Shown: positions 38,744-51,049 of the stretch, piece after piece
Layout of the letters: every line of letters starts with the position of its first letter
How positions within the stretch are numbered: the stretch's first letter is position 1
Assembly (NCBI GenBank): GCA_043228905.1
Contig: JBHGNT010000007.1
Span: forward strand, 2,666,001-2,730,000
DNA from: Azolla caroliniana
Taxonomy: Eukaryota; Plantae; Polypodiophyta
Reading direction: 5' to 3'
DNA length: 64,000 nt
Translations under genes and position numbers: made by a program
Notes under the pieces: model-generated
The model's input: only the letters and a program-made list of their open reading frames with translations
The model's database searches: none
Told to the model about the DNA's origin: nothing

Positions 38744-40392
38744 ACTCCTAAGATGCAACTTTGTGCCCTGATAATTGGGCTTCCAGTAGAAACTGTTCCT
38801 AGCTATTGGAGGAATTGATTTTGGATATCCATCTTGCCTGTTGCAGTGCTCTTAGTTGGGATGGAGTTCTGTTCTAAGAGCCCAAAATGGTCAATTGGAG
38901 CAGCCATGTTTGTTTTGCAACAACACTCTGGAATCAATGTTGTGTTTTATTTCTCCCCAACAGTATTTAGAAATGCTAGAATCAGTTCTAATTTGTTTGC
39001 AAGTGTTTAGGTTGGGATTGTGAATCTTCATATAGATCCTGACCTGGCATATATGATTGGGAAGATAGAGAACATGGAATATCATGTGAAAGACAAGTTT
39101 GTTGAGGAGGTGTTATTATGTGGCTCATTTGGTGACATTGTCGCCTCCTCTCCTTCAAAGATATTGGTCTTTGTGTGATTGAACCATCGAAAAAGTTGGA
39201 TATTCGTAGATGTTGTTTATATGTGGGGTATGGTCTTCAGTACATGCGAAACAAAAGGCGAACATGAAGTTTTCAAACTACCAACCAGGGTGGACAACTA
39301 GGTTGGAGATTGTTGTCAGAACCAAGGATAAAAGATAGAGTGATGGAAGAAGGATATTAGAGAACACGAGAAGAAAGGAACCAGATACTAAGAGAAGAAT
39401 GGATGTATAAGATAGAGAAAGAAAGAGAATGGATACAAGATATGTAATGAGAGCTAAAGACTGGTGTTGATTCGAATTGATTTGAGAATACATGTATGCC
39501 CTTATTTATAGGTTCCTATAGAATAGCTTAGAGATTTCTAGAATGTTCTAGAATGCTCTAGGACATTCTAGGACATTCTAGAATAATCTAGAGTTTTTAC
39601 AATAATCAATGTAATACAAGAAGTAGCGTTTAACAATAAGCTATCTTAATGGTTGAGGTTTTCAAGTATGGATTACAAGGTTCGAGGTTCAAGTCCGGGT
39701 GACGCCATAATGGTCATGTGTTCATGACACTTGTTTTCGTTTTTAGTTTTTAGATGTGGTCTTCTACCTAGCGAAGATTGCTACATGCATTGGAATACTT
39801 TGTGCCCTGGTAATTGGGCTTCCAGTAGAAACTGTTCTTGGTTGTTGAAGGAATTTATTTTGGATATCCATCTTGCCTGCTGTAGTGCTCTTAGTTGGGA
39901 TGGAGTTCTTTTCTAAGAGCCCGAAATGTTCAATTGGAGCAGCCATGTTTGTTTTGTAACAGCTCTCTGGAATCGATGTTGTATTTTATTTCTGTTTTAT
40001 TTCTCCCCAACAATATTTAGAAATGCTAGAATCAGTTCAGATTTGTTTGCAAGTGTTCAGGTTGGGATTGTGAATCTTCATACAGATCCTGACCTGACAT
40101 ATATGATTGGGAAGATAGAGGACATGGAATATCGTGTAAAAGACAAGTTTTCTGAGGAGGTGTTATTATGTGGTTCATTTGGTGACATGGTCGCCCTCCT
40201 CTCCTTCAAAGATGTTGGTCTTTGTGGGATTGAACCATCGAAAAAGCTGGATACTCGTAGATGTTGTTTATATGTTGGGTATGGTCTTTAGTACATGCGC
40301 AACAAAAAGCGAACAAGAAGTTTTACTACCAACCAGGGTGGACAACTAGGTTGGAGATTGTTTTCGTTTTTAGATGTGGTCTTCTACCTAGT
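38744..40392 (+). pseudogene. Two tandem copies of a chimeric gene fragment: plastidic glucose transporter-like (sugar porter MFS) segments fused to an unidentified coding segment
   Basis: IATCIGILCALVIGLPVETV..W..FWISILP..LLVGMEF.SKSPKW joined to IGAAMFVLQQHSGINVVFYFSPTVF; contains stops and indels; copies at 38744-39772 (interrupted) and 39773-40392. Confidence 0.75.
39314..39729 (-). mobile_element. Solo LTR (416 bp) interrupting copy 1 of the chimeric fragment
   Basis: TGTCA...TGACA ends; TSD ATTGT/CTTGT; absent from copy 2 at about 40361; TATA box CTATAAATA on the minus strand. Confidence 0.8.
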
Positions 40393-42879
40393 AAAGGTGT
40401 TAGTGACAAGGTTGAGAGTTATATTCATGGATTATAATTAGCAGTATCTTGATAAATGCCAAAGCTTATATTTGGTATTGTTTTTGATAATATATATTTG
40501 TGGAGATGAAACAATATTATGTACTATTTGTATACTGCCTCTGGGCCTTTTATTAATACCAATGGAGCATATGTTTTATGGTAAAAATAATAATAATAAA
40601 CAAAAAAATCATGTTCTTTGATTTCCTCTTCTTTGATTAGATCTCCTTTTAGCCATCATTTGGTGAAATAATTTTAGATGAGCACAACCAACCTCCATCA
40701 ATAACTTGTTAACAATTTGACTACCAATCCATATAAGTTTAAATAGAACAAGCTCGAACGATAATATCCCTAGCACCAAATGGTCGATCTACTACAAGTG
40801 GCAATGAAGGGTTTCCGAAAGAATTAGGAACCAATAATTTTCGAGCTTTACTTACTCTAGAAAATCACAAAACAAGTCTCCAACAAGGTATAGATATGGA
40901 GGCAACAATTGAAATGTGGGAGGCTATCAAACTATCATAACATGATGACGTGTGGAACATGACCAATAAGGCCCATCATCTTGTCTCCAAGTAGGCACCA
41001 ATATGTCATTGTCCATGAAGAAACCCCTCCAAAGATTGTTGATCTAACTCTATCGAAGGGCAAAAAAGCCATCCCATGGTATCTCTAGATGCTAACACAT
41101 CGCGTCTAGCTTCATAACCTTCAACATCACTTGGATTGCCAAGCTTGCCAACTCTTTGATGATGCTAGACTGAGGTGCAGAAGATGAAGTCATCCCAAGC
41201 ATTGTCTAGTTGTATGTGTCCATGGAATTTGATTGTCTCACATGTGATCCATAGTGTTAGTTGTTTGACGAGTGTTATATGATGGGAAGAGCAATGCTTT
41301 ACTACAATAGATGATTTAGATCTTAATTTCTAAATAAAAGAACAATTGAAGAATGAAGAAGCCATGAATCTAGATGAGGATGATATAGAGACAAAGAGAC
41401 ATTGTGTGGGCACATAAATTATTTCTCTATTCAACAACAAAAAAAATTTGCAAGAAATTGTATATATACAACTTAGGGTTAACTTAATCCTTTTTGTTAT
41501 TTACATATGTGGCTATCGCCACTTACACATGTTATAGGTTTTAGGGCACATACACAACTACTCATAGACACAATTACACTTGTACACATTTACACATACA
41601 CATCAACAACATTATAGTCTTCCACCCTCGCTCATCACACTCGACTCTCTGTACATCTCGTACAGTAACACCACACATTATACTTTAACACTTACCCATA
41701 ATGGGCATATAAATTGTAATCAATTTAGCTCATGAATGTTGAAAGATTTTTGGTCATGGCATTAGATATATTGTAGGATGTCAGAATCTTGTCCATGACA
41801 AGTCTCTTCTTGGTGAAACATTCTCTTACAAAGTGATATCAGATCTCTATATGTTTTGATGCGGAACAGTGGACTTGATTCTTCGCCCAAGAGATAACAC
41901 CCTAACTATCACCATACAAGGTCAAAGTTGAATTAGGAACAATCCATCAAAACATGTTAGCTAGTTAATTGAGCCATAGTGCTTCCTTAGCTACCTCTGA
42001 TCTAGCTACATATTCAATTTCAGTTGTGGACATTTTGGATTAAGGGTTAGTTGTGTTGAATCTTATGCTTAAGTCTTGAGTGCCAATCAAACATCTCAAG
42101 TTATGTTTCACTACATTCTAGTACGATCGGTCGGGGTTGTGCATCACATTATACCAACCACATGCATGAATTCTAGTATGGTTGTGACCATTGCATACAT
42201 CAAAGAGCCAACAAAGACTACATGTTGGGGAATCTTTCTAAGAAAGCCTTCGGTTGGTTGGTAGTAGTGTCCCCCAAATTTGTTCAAATGCATGTTGAAT
42301 CTCAAGAGTAATTGGTTTGAGACAGATACAACTACCGAGTGGTTCTACATTGTGTGATTTTCATCCCGAGAATATGTCAACTGCATTGGTCGTCAGAGTT
42401 TTGGAAGCACACCAACATTTCAATCGGCGAGCAACATATAATCCACTTAGAGGGTGAGATAGATAGCTAAACCATCGCATGTGTCATTCAAGTATTTTAA
42501 TTTTCAATATCAATGATGGGGTGCCTAAATTCAAGTTATATAGAATCTTCTTGAGTCATGAAACTAGATGTTCTTGACTAGGTGACACAAAACATTCTGG
42601 TTGGTCCATATATATTTCCTCATCCAGATCAGCATGGACGAAGGTTGTTTTGACATACAAACATTGAAAATGCTCTATGTCCTTGACAACTACTAATCCA
42701 ATGAAAAATAGAAAGGTTGTTATTTTCACCATTGGTAAAATCATCTCTTTGAAATTGACGACGTATTCTTATCGGAAACCCTTTCTTCACTAACCTAACT
42801 AATAACTATATACTTGGGTTTGGCCAAATTGGATGTTTGTTTGAATGGGAAGACCCATCTACACCGAAGTGCTTGCCGG

Positions 42880-44776
42880 TGTCGCGAAGTTTCGCGCACG
42901 TGTGTTACTTGGGCGGGACCACGAGGGTCTTGGACTAGGGAGTACTCAAGGGATAGAGAAGACCCGAGGTTTGCTTTATGACAATACTACTTCCCGACCC
43001 CTTCCCGAGCAAGGTCTCGTTGCCCTTTGTTTTGTGAGGCCGGTGGCTCTCGTTGATCACGACTTGTTGACCTTTTGAGATCACCGCACAAGTCAAGTGA
43101 CCAAACGGGTACAAGCAAGATGAGCATGCAAGATGAACGCACAAGGGGACAATAATACAAACACGAATGTCCGTACGTCTTTATGAGGAGGAGAGGTGCA
43201 TGGGCACGCCCGAATTCTCCCTCATCACAAGACGACCGAACGTACGAGGAAGACACAAAACACATGCACAAATGCTCGTACGCCTTTATGAGGAGGGGAG
43301 GTGCATGGGCAAGCCCGAACACTCCCTCGTCACGAGACGAACGAACGTACAAGGAAGACACAAACACATGCACAAAATGCTCGTACGCCTTTATGAGGAG
43401 GAGAGGTGCATGGGCAAGCCCGAAACTGTCCCTCGTCACAAGACAACCGAACGTACAAGGAAGACACAAACACACACAAATGCTCGTACGTCTTTATGAG
43501 GAGGAGAGGTGCATGGGCACGCCCGAAACGCTCCCTCATCACAAGACAGCCAAACATACAAGGAAGAGACAAACACACACACACAAATGCTCGTACGCCT
43601 TTATGAGGAGAGGTGCATGGGCAAGCCCGAACGGTCCCTCGTCACAAGACGGCCGAACGTACAAGAAAGACACAAACACACGCACAAAATGCTGATACGC
43701 CTTTATGAGGAGGAGAGGTGCATGGGCAAGCCCGAACGGTCCCTCGTCACAAGACGGCCGAACGTACAAGAAAGACACAAACATACACACAAATGCTCGT
43801 ACGTCTTTATGAGGAGAGGTGCATGGGCACGCCCGAAACTCTCCCTCGTCACAAGATGGCCGAACGTACAAGGAAGACACGAATAAGGAAAGAAGGAGAG
43901 AAGGAAACACGAATGATATCGACCAAAGAGATAAATACGTGTTCGATTCCAACGCAAGAGGACCCTTTATAAAATAGGGTTTTGTTTACAATGGCAACTT
44001 ATAGTTAACCACAAGCTCAATCAAAACATAAATACTAAATGCCCTTAGAGACAAAAGTAAATCCGAACACGGCGAAGATGAACACATGAGCAACACCAAA
44101 ATGCCAATCCCAACAAACCACGACCACCCAAACGGCGAGCACACGGGCTCGCAACGACGAATGGGGCGGAGCAACGTCGAACCAACGAAGTTTGGGCTCA
44201 CGAGCACTTCGACTGCTGACGCAAAGAAGACGAGCACTTCGAGTGCCGATGCGAAGAAGACGAGCACGTGGCGGTGGGGGGATGAAGGGGTATGAGATGA
44301 AGAGAAGTGGCGAATAAGAAGATGAAGAGCCCCAAAGGAAAATTGGCGATAATCTCCTCCTCCCAAACGTCCCCCTCGACCTCCTTTTATAGGAAAAAAA
44401 GAAAGGGGGTCGCCAATTTTGTCTTCAATGAAAAAGGAATAAAATTCCTTAAATCATGCTGCATCGTAAGACTAGATTTGAACCATGCACATCTAGCTAG
44501 AAGTCAATGTGACTATCCACTAACCCATTAACTCTCTCTTATAAAGTATATAATTCCATTTCTATAAATTCCTAGCCTGTCTCCCCACTACCTTTTATCT
44601 CCCCTCTCTCTTACTTTTTGCACGAGCTTCTATACCTCCTTTCCACCCTTTCTTTTCCCTTTTATTTTGCATATGCACAATTAATCGCCTTTGTGTGCAC
44701 ACACATTGCACATTGCACATTTTGACCCCCCCCTTTTACCGGTTTTTCCCACTCTCGAGCACGCCACATCACGACA
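42880..44776 (-). mobile_element. Large gypsy solo LTR (1897 bp) with an internal tandem array
   Basis: TGTCGCGA...TCACGACA ends; perfect 4-bp TSD CCGG; terminal block GGGCGGGACCACGAGGGTCTTGGACTAGGGAGT shared with the LTR ends at 11520-11582, 13575, 20587 and 21648. Confidence 0.85.
43155..43881. repeat. About 105-bp tandem repeat, about 7 copies
   Basis: TTTATGAGGAG.AGGTGCATGGGCA.GCCCGAA recurs near 43180, 43285, 43390, 43494, 43600, 43703 and 43806. Confidence 0.95.
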
Positions 44777-45976
44777 CCGGTTATTTGGCAATGGAATGAA
44801 GTCGTAGGTGTCGATATCTTGAATGGAGTTCATCTTTGACTCCATAACTAGTTGCTAATTGGCTTAATCATCTATTGTTGTAAGTTCTTTATAAGTTGAA
44901 GGTTCATGGGCATTTGTATAGAAATTGCAAAGTGAATACAATTTGGGTAAATGAGATGGTCTTTTATATTAACATGCTAAGATCTAGCCCATCGGATCAT
45001 CACCGATGATCTCTTCTAAAGTGGCTGGGATATCGACTACTATCAATACAATTTGAAGCGTAGGATCAACTACTTTTTGAGTAACTAATTGGGCGTGTTG
45101 GGTGGGGTCATCGAGAGGAGACAAATATCAATTAAAGTTTGATTGCTTTGTGCATTGTCTAACGCCCGATCTTATCTTGGGGTCCCACAAGTTATAACCA
45201 ATGTTTCCATTGGAACCATAAAATCAACGAATGCTCTTGAGGTTACTATTGGAGGGAGGCAAAGTTAGGAGGTGAATATTCAAGGCCAACGCTCCCAAGG
45301 TGACCATTGGAGGGAGATGAATGCACCGATGCGAATGAAGAGAGGCAAAGGCTCGCCAACTAGCAATTGCTTAACCCTCCTCACTCTCACACATGCACAC
45401 ACAATGGCCTAAGGTAATTAACATATGATTAGCATCAATCACATGAGATTAGCATCAATCACATGAGATTAGCACTAATGCACTTGATTAACACTACAAC
45501 ACAAGAATAGCTTGAAATATATGTTTATACAGATATATTTGTTCTTTCTTACGACAAAATGGGTTTGCCAAATATTGTCATGAAAGTAGTGGCATTTAGA
45601 AGGATTAAAAGCTTAAAGAAGAAGAATGACAAGAGGTCTTGATCTTTTGGTGAAGGTGAGTTAGTGAACCGTCGATGTTGAAGTAGTGTTTCTCAGGCCA
45701 CTTCGTGCTCCCTTCAACAAGCGACGTGCAAGCTAGTTGAACCCTTAAACTCGTAAACACGTGGTGAGCTCAATCGTGATAAAGACCACGGCAAACTTCG
45801 AAGTAGAAGAGGAGGTGGAGAAGAAGAAGTGAAAATTGTAATTGTTGAGAATCAAACTCAACTTCTTGTGTGTGAGAACACACTCTAGGATACTCAAGTG
45901 TGTGACCATCCCACCTCCTTGTCTAGTAACTAGTGTGTCATAGAAGTTAATATCCTATGACACATATTCTTTACGT

Positions 45977-48900
45977 TGTCGGGGTAGTTGTGGTTCGTGC
46001 GGCAAAGTCGTAGGGACTAAGGTTAAAGGGAGTTGACGAAACTTTTATAAGGCTTTGCGCACAAATGTTAGGAAGATTAAGGATAAGAAGAATAAGAGTT
46101 TAAAGTAATGTGTGTGTGAGAGAGATGAGCATAGATAAAAGATAGAGAGAATGTATTATTTAAGAAGAAAGAGTATAAGATATGAACATGATTTATAGTA
46201 AGAGAACAAGTTTTTACCAACATTACAATGCTTTATAACAAGATGAACCCTTTCTCTACCGACTCTTGATTTGAACCCTTGACTCGAACTTGAAAACACG
46301 AGCCTCTTCACCAACAAGCTAACTTGTTTCATTAATTATGTTCTAACTTTCTCTTGATTCCCCTTTTGTTTTCCTGTCCCCTCTTTTTATAAGTATTGCC
46401 ATGCATATAGTAATGTGTAGGAGCATGGCATGCATGTAATGCATGAGTTACATGTGATGCATGATCGCCATTTGGCGCACATGCATTGTATGTGATGCAT
46501 GATAGCCATCATGCTCATTTGAGCTCCCATGTATGAAAATATATATGAGATAAGTATAATGATGGATATAACACTAAAACAAATAACCTAGCTTAGTGGT
46601 GTATGCTTTGTGCTTGACATGCAAGGTTGAGGGTTCAAGTCCCTCAATTTTACTTAATACAATATTTAAGGTTATTCTTATATAGTGAAGCACATTCTTG
46701 ACAACATTTCTAAAAATAGCCTACCCTAGTGGTATATACATTGTGATTGGTTTATAAGGTTGTGGGTTCAAGTGTTTGAAATATTACTGAATTCAATATT
46801 TAAATTTATTTTTATATCGTGAAGCAAATCCTTCACGACCCACCCCCTCTAAAGTTGCACACTGGTTGTGCAAAGTTCATCCAAAGTCTTGGAAAAACTC
46901 TTCATTCCGTTTCTAAACTGGATGTCCCCTCAAGCATTCTTTGTTTCTTTCATGGTTAGGCGTCATGGTTAAGATATGGCCCCTCTTCCTTCCATCCTAA
47001 CTCTTGATCCTCACGAAAGCTGAATCATCATTAATCACAGTTGTTTCCGACCTTACTACGTTGATGTATGGTTCACCATCCTTTGTTTCCATACTCACGA
47101 CGTTGATGTATGGTTGACCAAGGATGACGGGGTATGTTGATCCATCTTGTACATAGTAATTTTGATCCACCGACACATCTCCCATTGTTGCTTTCACATT
47201 AGGACATGCTTCGAATAGATCCTCCATCATCTCTGTTGCAACTCTTTTCTTCGAACCATGATTCTTATCGATTGGCCACCTTCCTTGAGCACAACATTCC
47301 GACGACATCATGTTAATTTCTGATCCATGATCTATCAAAGCAATACAGGGAATCTGTTGCTCCGTAATTTTTGTAGGCGCCTCCATTGTTGCTTGAGCCC
47401 AATGGTTCTTTGTATAATGAATCCTATCCCCTTCATGAATCCCAACATGATTTATCTTCTTTACACCTGCAACATTGATGGATTCATGATCCAAATCTTG
47501 GAGACTTGTTGCTGCACATTCTCTTGTAACTTCTTCCATGACATGTTTTATATCCGTCGTGTCTTTTGTATCCAAAGCAAGCTTAAAAGTTGGGTCTGTC
47601 TTCCCTTTGACTTTATCAACTTCTTTTGACTCAGGAGCATCCTTTTCCATCTCTCTTCTCTGAAGTTGTTCTTGTGTCTCATGTTTCTTTGCCGAATCAG
47701 CCTCGTCAGCTCTCTTTCGCTTCTCTTCCACTAGTGCATCTTGTACATTCACTTGGGCAAATGTTGATGGTGTGTCTATTGGATCATTCCATCCAGTGAA
47801 GTTCCGTATTTCATTACTCGCGCTTTTTAATTCATTCACTTGAACCTTCCCTTTTCTTGCATACTCCATCACACCTTGCCAAAAGCCAGATCCACCATAT
47901 GTGTCTTCTACACGCAACCCTAACGTTGTCACAGATTGTATTGTTTGAGTTGTTTATTTCTTGGCATCTTCCATTAGCTTTTTCATTCCACCTCGCCCGA
48001 AGTTGACTTGAAGTGGTTGTCGAGTCTCTATCGAGTGAATCTTAGCATCTTGATAATAGATTTTATCATGATTAAGAGCATCCCTATTTTCTTGACAATC
48101 TTTCTTATGATGGTCGATACTACTATCACACCACATACACCTTCGGATCATTCCCCTTCCTTGCCTTGACGAAGTTAAGCTTTGTCCCGATTCTGGCTTT
48201 GTCACTTTGATCGATAAGTCTTTCATGCCTTTCACCAACTCATGCAAGAGTGAATCTTCTATTTTCTTCTCTCCCGAGTTATTTCCCATTTCGTCTCCCT
48301 TCCTCTCAGGCAACTCCATAAACCATAACTTTCTTTTACAAAAATGGTTGCACACCCTTTTCACCTCCTCCCAGTCTTCGGTAAGTCCACTTTGACTATT
48401 TTGATCTTCCAGAAGCATTCCCAAGTCCTTCCTGTCTTTAATATTAGTGGTCCACTTTGACTATTTTGATCTTCCAGAAGCATTCCTAAGTCCTTCCTGT
48501 CTTTAATATTAGTGGTCCACTTTGACTATTTTGATCTTCCAGAAGCATTCCCAAGTCCTTCCTATCTTTAATATTAGTGGCTTGTAGAAACAATATTATT
48601 TTATCTGGCATTATTATATTTCAATCCCTAACATTTAATTGCTCAAATCTTTCTGAAAATTCTTTTAATACTTCCAAAACACTTAAATGTTTATCAAACT
48701 CTACCCAATCCATGAAAGCTCACCTTGTCATCATTGACATATCATTGAGGTTGTATTCATTCAATAATGCTCTTTCAAAAGTCGCCCATGTCTGATGCTC
48801 TCTTTGTAGTTCCTGGATCCTTTCTTGTAGCCCAATCGCAGCAACTCGACTAAAGCTATTAATTTTTGCCGCTTCGTCGACATCTCGTTTAAGCATTTCC

Positions 48901-49963
48901 TCTTTGTAAATCTTCAGAAATCTTGTTAAATTCATACCTTCGAAGATCCCTACTCGTGCGAGAATATTGTCACGGCTTTGTTGATGCTTGACATCATCCC
49001 TTGCTCCCGCATCATTCGTTCCATCATCGTACACATAAGCCTCATTTGTTCCTCCATTTTTCCTTGTCGCCACCTTCACATCAGGTTCATCAAATGTGTC
49101 GAGGTAGTTGTGGTTCGTGCGGCGAAGTCGCAAGGACTAAGGTTAAAGGGAGTTGACAAAACTTTTATAAGGCTTTGCACACAAATGTTAGGAAGATTAA
49201 GGATAAGAAGAATAAGAGTTTAAAGTAATGTGTGTGTGAGAGAGATGAGCATAGATAAAAGATAGAGAGAATGTATTATTTAAGAAGAAAGAGTATAAGA
49301 TATGAACATGATTTATATTAAGAGAACAAGTTTTTACCAACATTACAATGCTTTATAAGCAGATGAACCCTTTCTCTACCGACTCTTGATTTGAACCCTT
49401 GACTCGAACTTGAAAACACGAGCCTCTTCACCAACAAGCTAACTTGTTAATTTCATTAATTATGTTCTAACTTTCTCTTGATTCCCCTTTTGTTTTCATT
49501 TCCCCTCTTTTTATAAGTATTGCCATGCATATGGTAATGTGTAGGAGCATAGCATGCATGTAATGCATGAGTTACATGTGATGCATGATCGCCATTTGGT
49601 GCACATGCATTGTATGTGATGCATGATAGCCATCATGCTCATTTGAGCTCCCATGTATGAAAATATATATGGGATAAGTATAATGATGGATATAACCCTA
49701 AAACAAATAACCTAGCTTAGTGGTGTATGCTTTGTGCTTGATATGCAAGGTTAAGGGTTCAAGTCCCTCAATTTTACTTAATACAATATTTAAGTTTATT
49801 CTTATATAGTGAAGCACATTCTTGACAACATTTCTAAAAATAGCCTACCTGAGTGGTATATACATTGTGCTTGGTTTATAAGGTTGTGGTTTAAGTGTTT
49901 GAAATATTACTGAATTCAATATTTAAATTTATTTTTATATCGTGAAGCAAATCCTTCACGACA
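45977..49963 (-). mobile_element. Non-autonomous gypsy element encoding only gag and protease; LTRs 45977-46840 and 49097-49963
   Basis: Highly similar LTRs; perfect TSD ACGT; PBS complement TTCACATCAGGTTCATCA; PPT AGAGGGGGTG; gag with CMWC..HHKKDC knuckle; protease LIDHGSEINMM; no RT, RNase H or integrase. Confidence 0.92.
48386..48580. repeat. 65-bp tandem triplication within gag
   Basis: TCCACTTTGACTATTTTGATCTTCC at 48386, 48451 and 48516. Confidence 0.9.
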
Positions 49964-51049
49964 ACGTAGTTAAGACATGACCTCATTCCCAAGAGGCGTT
50001 ACTAATGAAAGAACTTAGAGAGAAGGTGACTACATAAGCACCTTCTCCTTCTCTTTGTAACTATTGATCATTCTTGTCTCCTTGTTAATACAATTTTTTG
50101 TTTTTCTGTAATCTTGAGTTCTCTCTCTCTATCTCTCTCTACACAGAGAGAGAGAGAGAGTTCTTCCGCTATACAGAATCCATTCAATTCGTTACATGGT
50201 ATCAGAGCACGTGGTAGCTTGATCCAAACCCATCGCCTTTACGTGTGTTGTGCCCAAGCCCGTGTTCGGAAAGAACCAATTGATCATTGTAGCAGCAATC
50301 GGCACAATTCGTATCAAGAGAAGAAGAAGAAGTTTGACAATGAACACTCAGATCGGAAGCGCTCTTCCTACCAAGAAACTCAACAGAAACAATTAGAGAC
50401 TACCATACGTTCCATTCATGTACCTGCTCATAATATTCTGCTTCACCCCCCACACCGTCTTCTCTCATCCTTATCCCTCAAAACAATTTTGCTTCTTAAG
50501 TCCACATCAACCATCTCGCCGATTACCACCAAATTCTTGTATACATAATAACGAAGTGAATATTTGTTCCAAATATTATGCACACTAGGAGCACAATCTT
50601 GTCTAAGAAACACATGATTCGGAATTCTAAACCTAGAATTTCTATGTTGCTCCTGCAAGACTATAACTAACCGAACCGTTGCCGATTGTTAACTACTTCC
50701 AACAAAAAGATGTTTTTAATATCCTTTCAGAAGGGTTTCATTATGTACTTTTGACCTTCATTGAGCGCATAAATGTTACTACATGCTTTTAAGACATTTT
50801 TTACTCATGGGAACTATACAATGAATCTTAAAATTACTTATCCTCTAACAGTACTTCCCTTCACTTAGTGGGGAGTTTAGTACACCACTTAAAGCTACAA
50901 AAAATGGAAAAAAGTTATAGAATATAAAAATTTAAAAGTTATGGAAAATAAATAAAAGGAAACATCAAATAATTAGGGGACTAATCAACAGGCTATGGTA
51001 AAGGAAGTGTTTAAAAACAAACACCAAAAAGAACAAGATTGTGAAATAT

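Larger units (their letters stand above)
41274..45600 (-). mobile_element. Old degenerate copia (3' LTR about 41274-41690; RT/RNase H to 42875; continues after 44781)
   Basis: VKTTFVHADLDEEIYMDQP motif; SKHIEI*YHFVRE remnant; LTR related to 35200-35437. Boundaries approximate. Confidence 0.6.
45843..50208 (+). mobile_element. Copia 5' LTR (45843-45976 plus 49968-50196) and PBS, split by a gypsy insertion
   Basis: TGTTGAGAATCAAACTC...CGTTACA followed by TGGTATCAGAGC (50197-50208); same family as the LTR at 37151-37508. Confidence 0.8.

Noticed and set aside
43155-43972. CRISPR-like array or repetitive protein ORFs
   Set aside because: The units are wholly repeated with no unique spacers, there are no cas genes and the context is eukaryotic; the ORFs are by-products of the tandem repeat.
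46586-46650. Functional tRNA gene
   Set aside because: No convincing acceptor stem and a weak anticodon stem; treated as a tRNA-like module inside an LTR.
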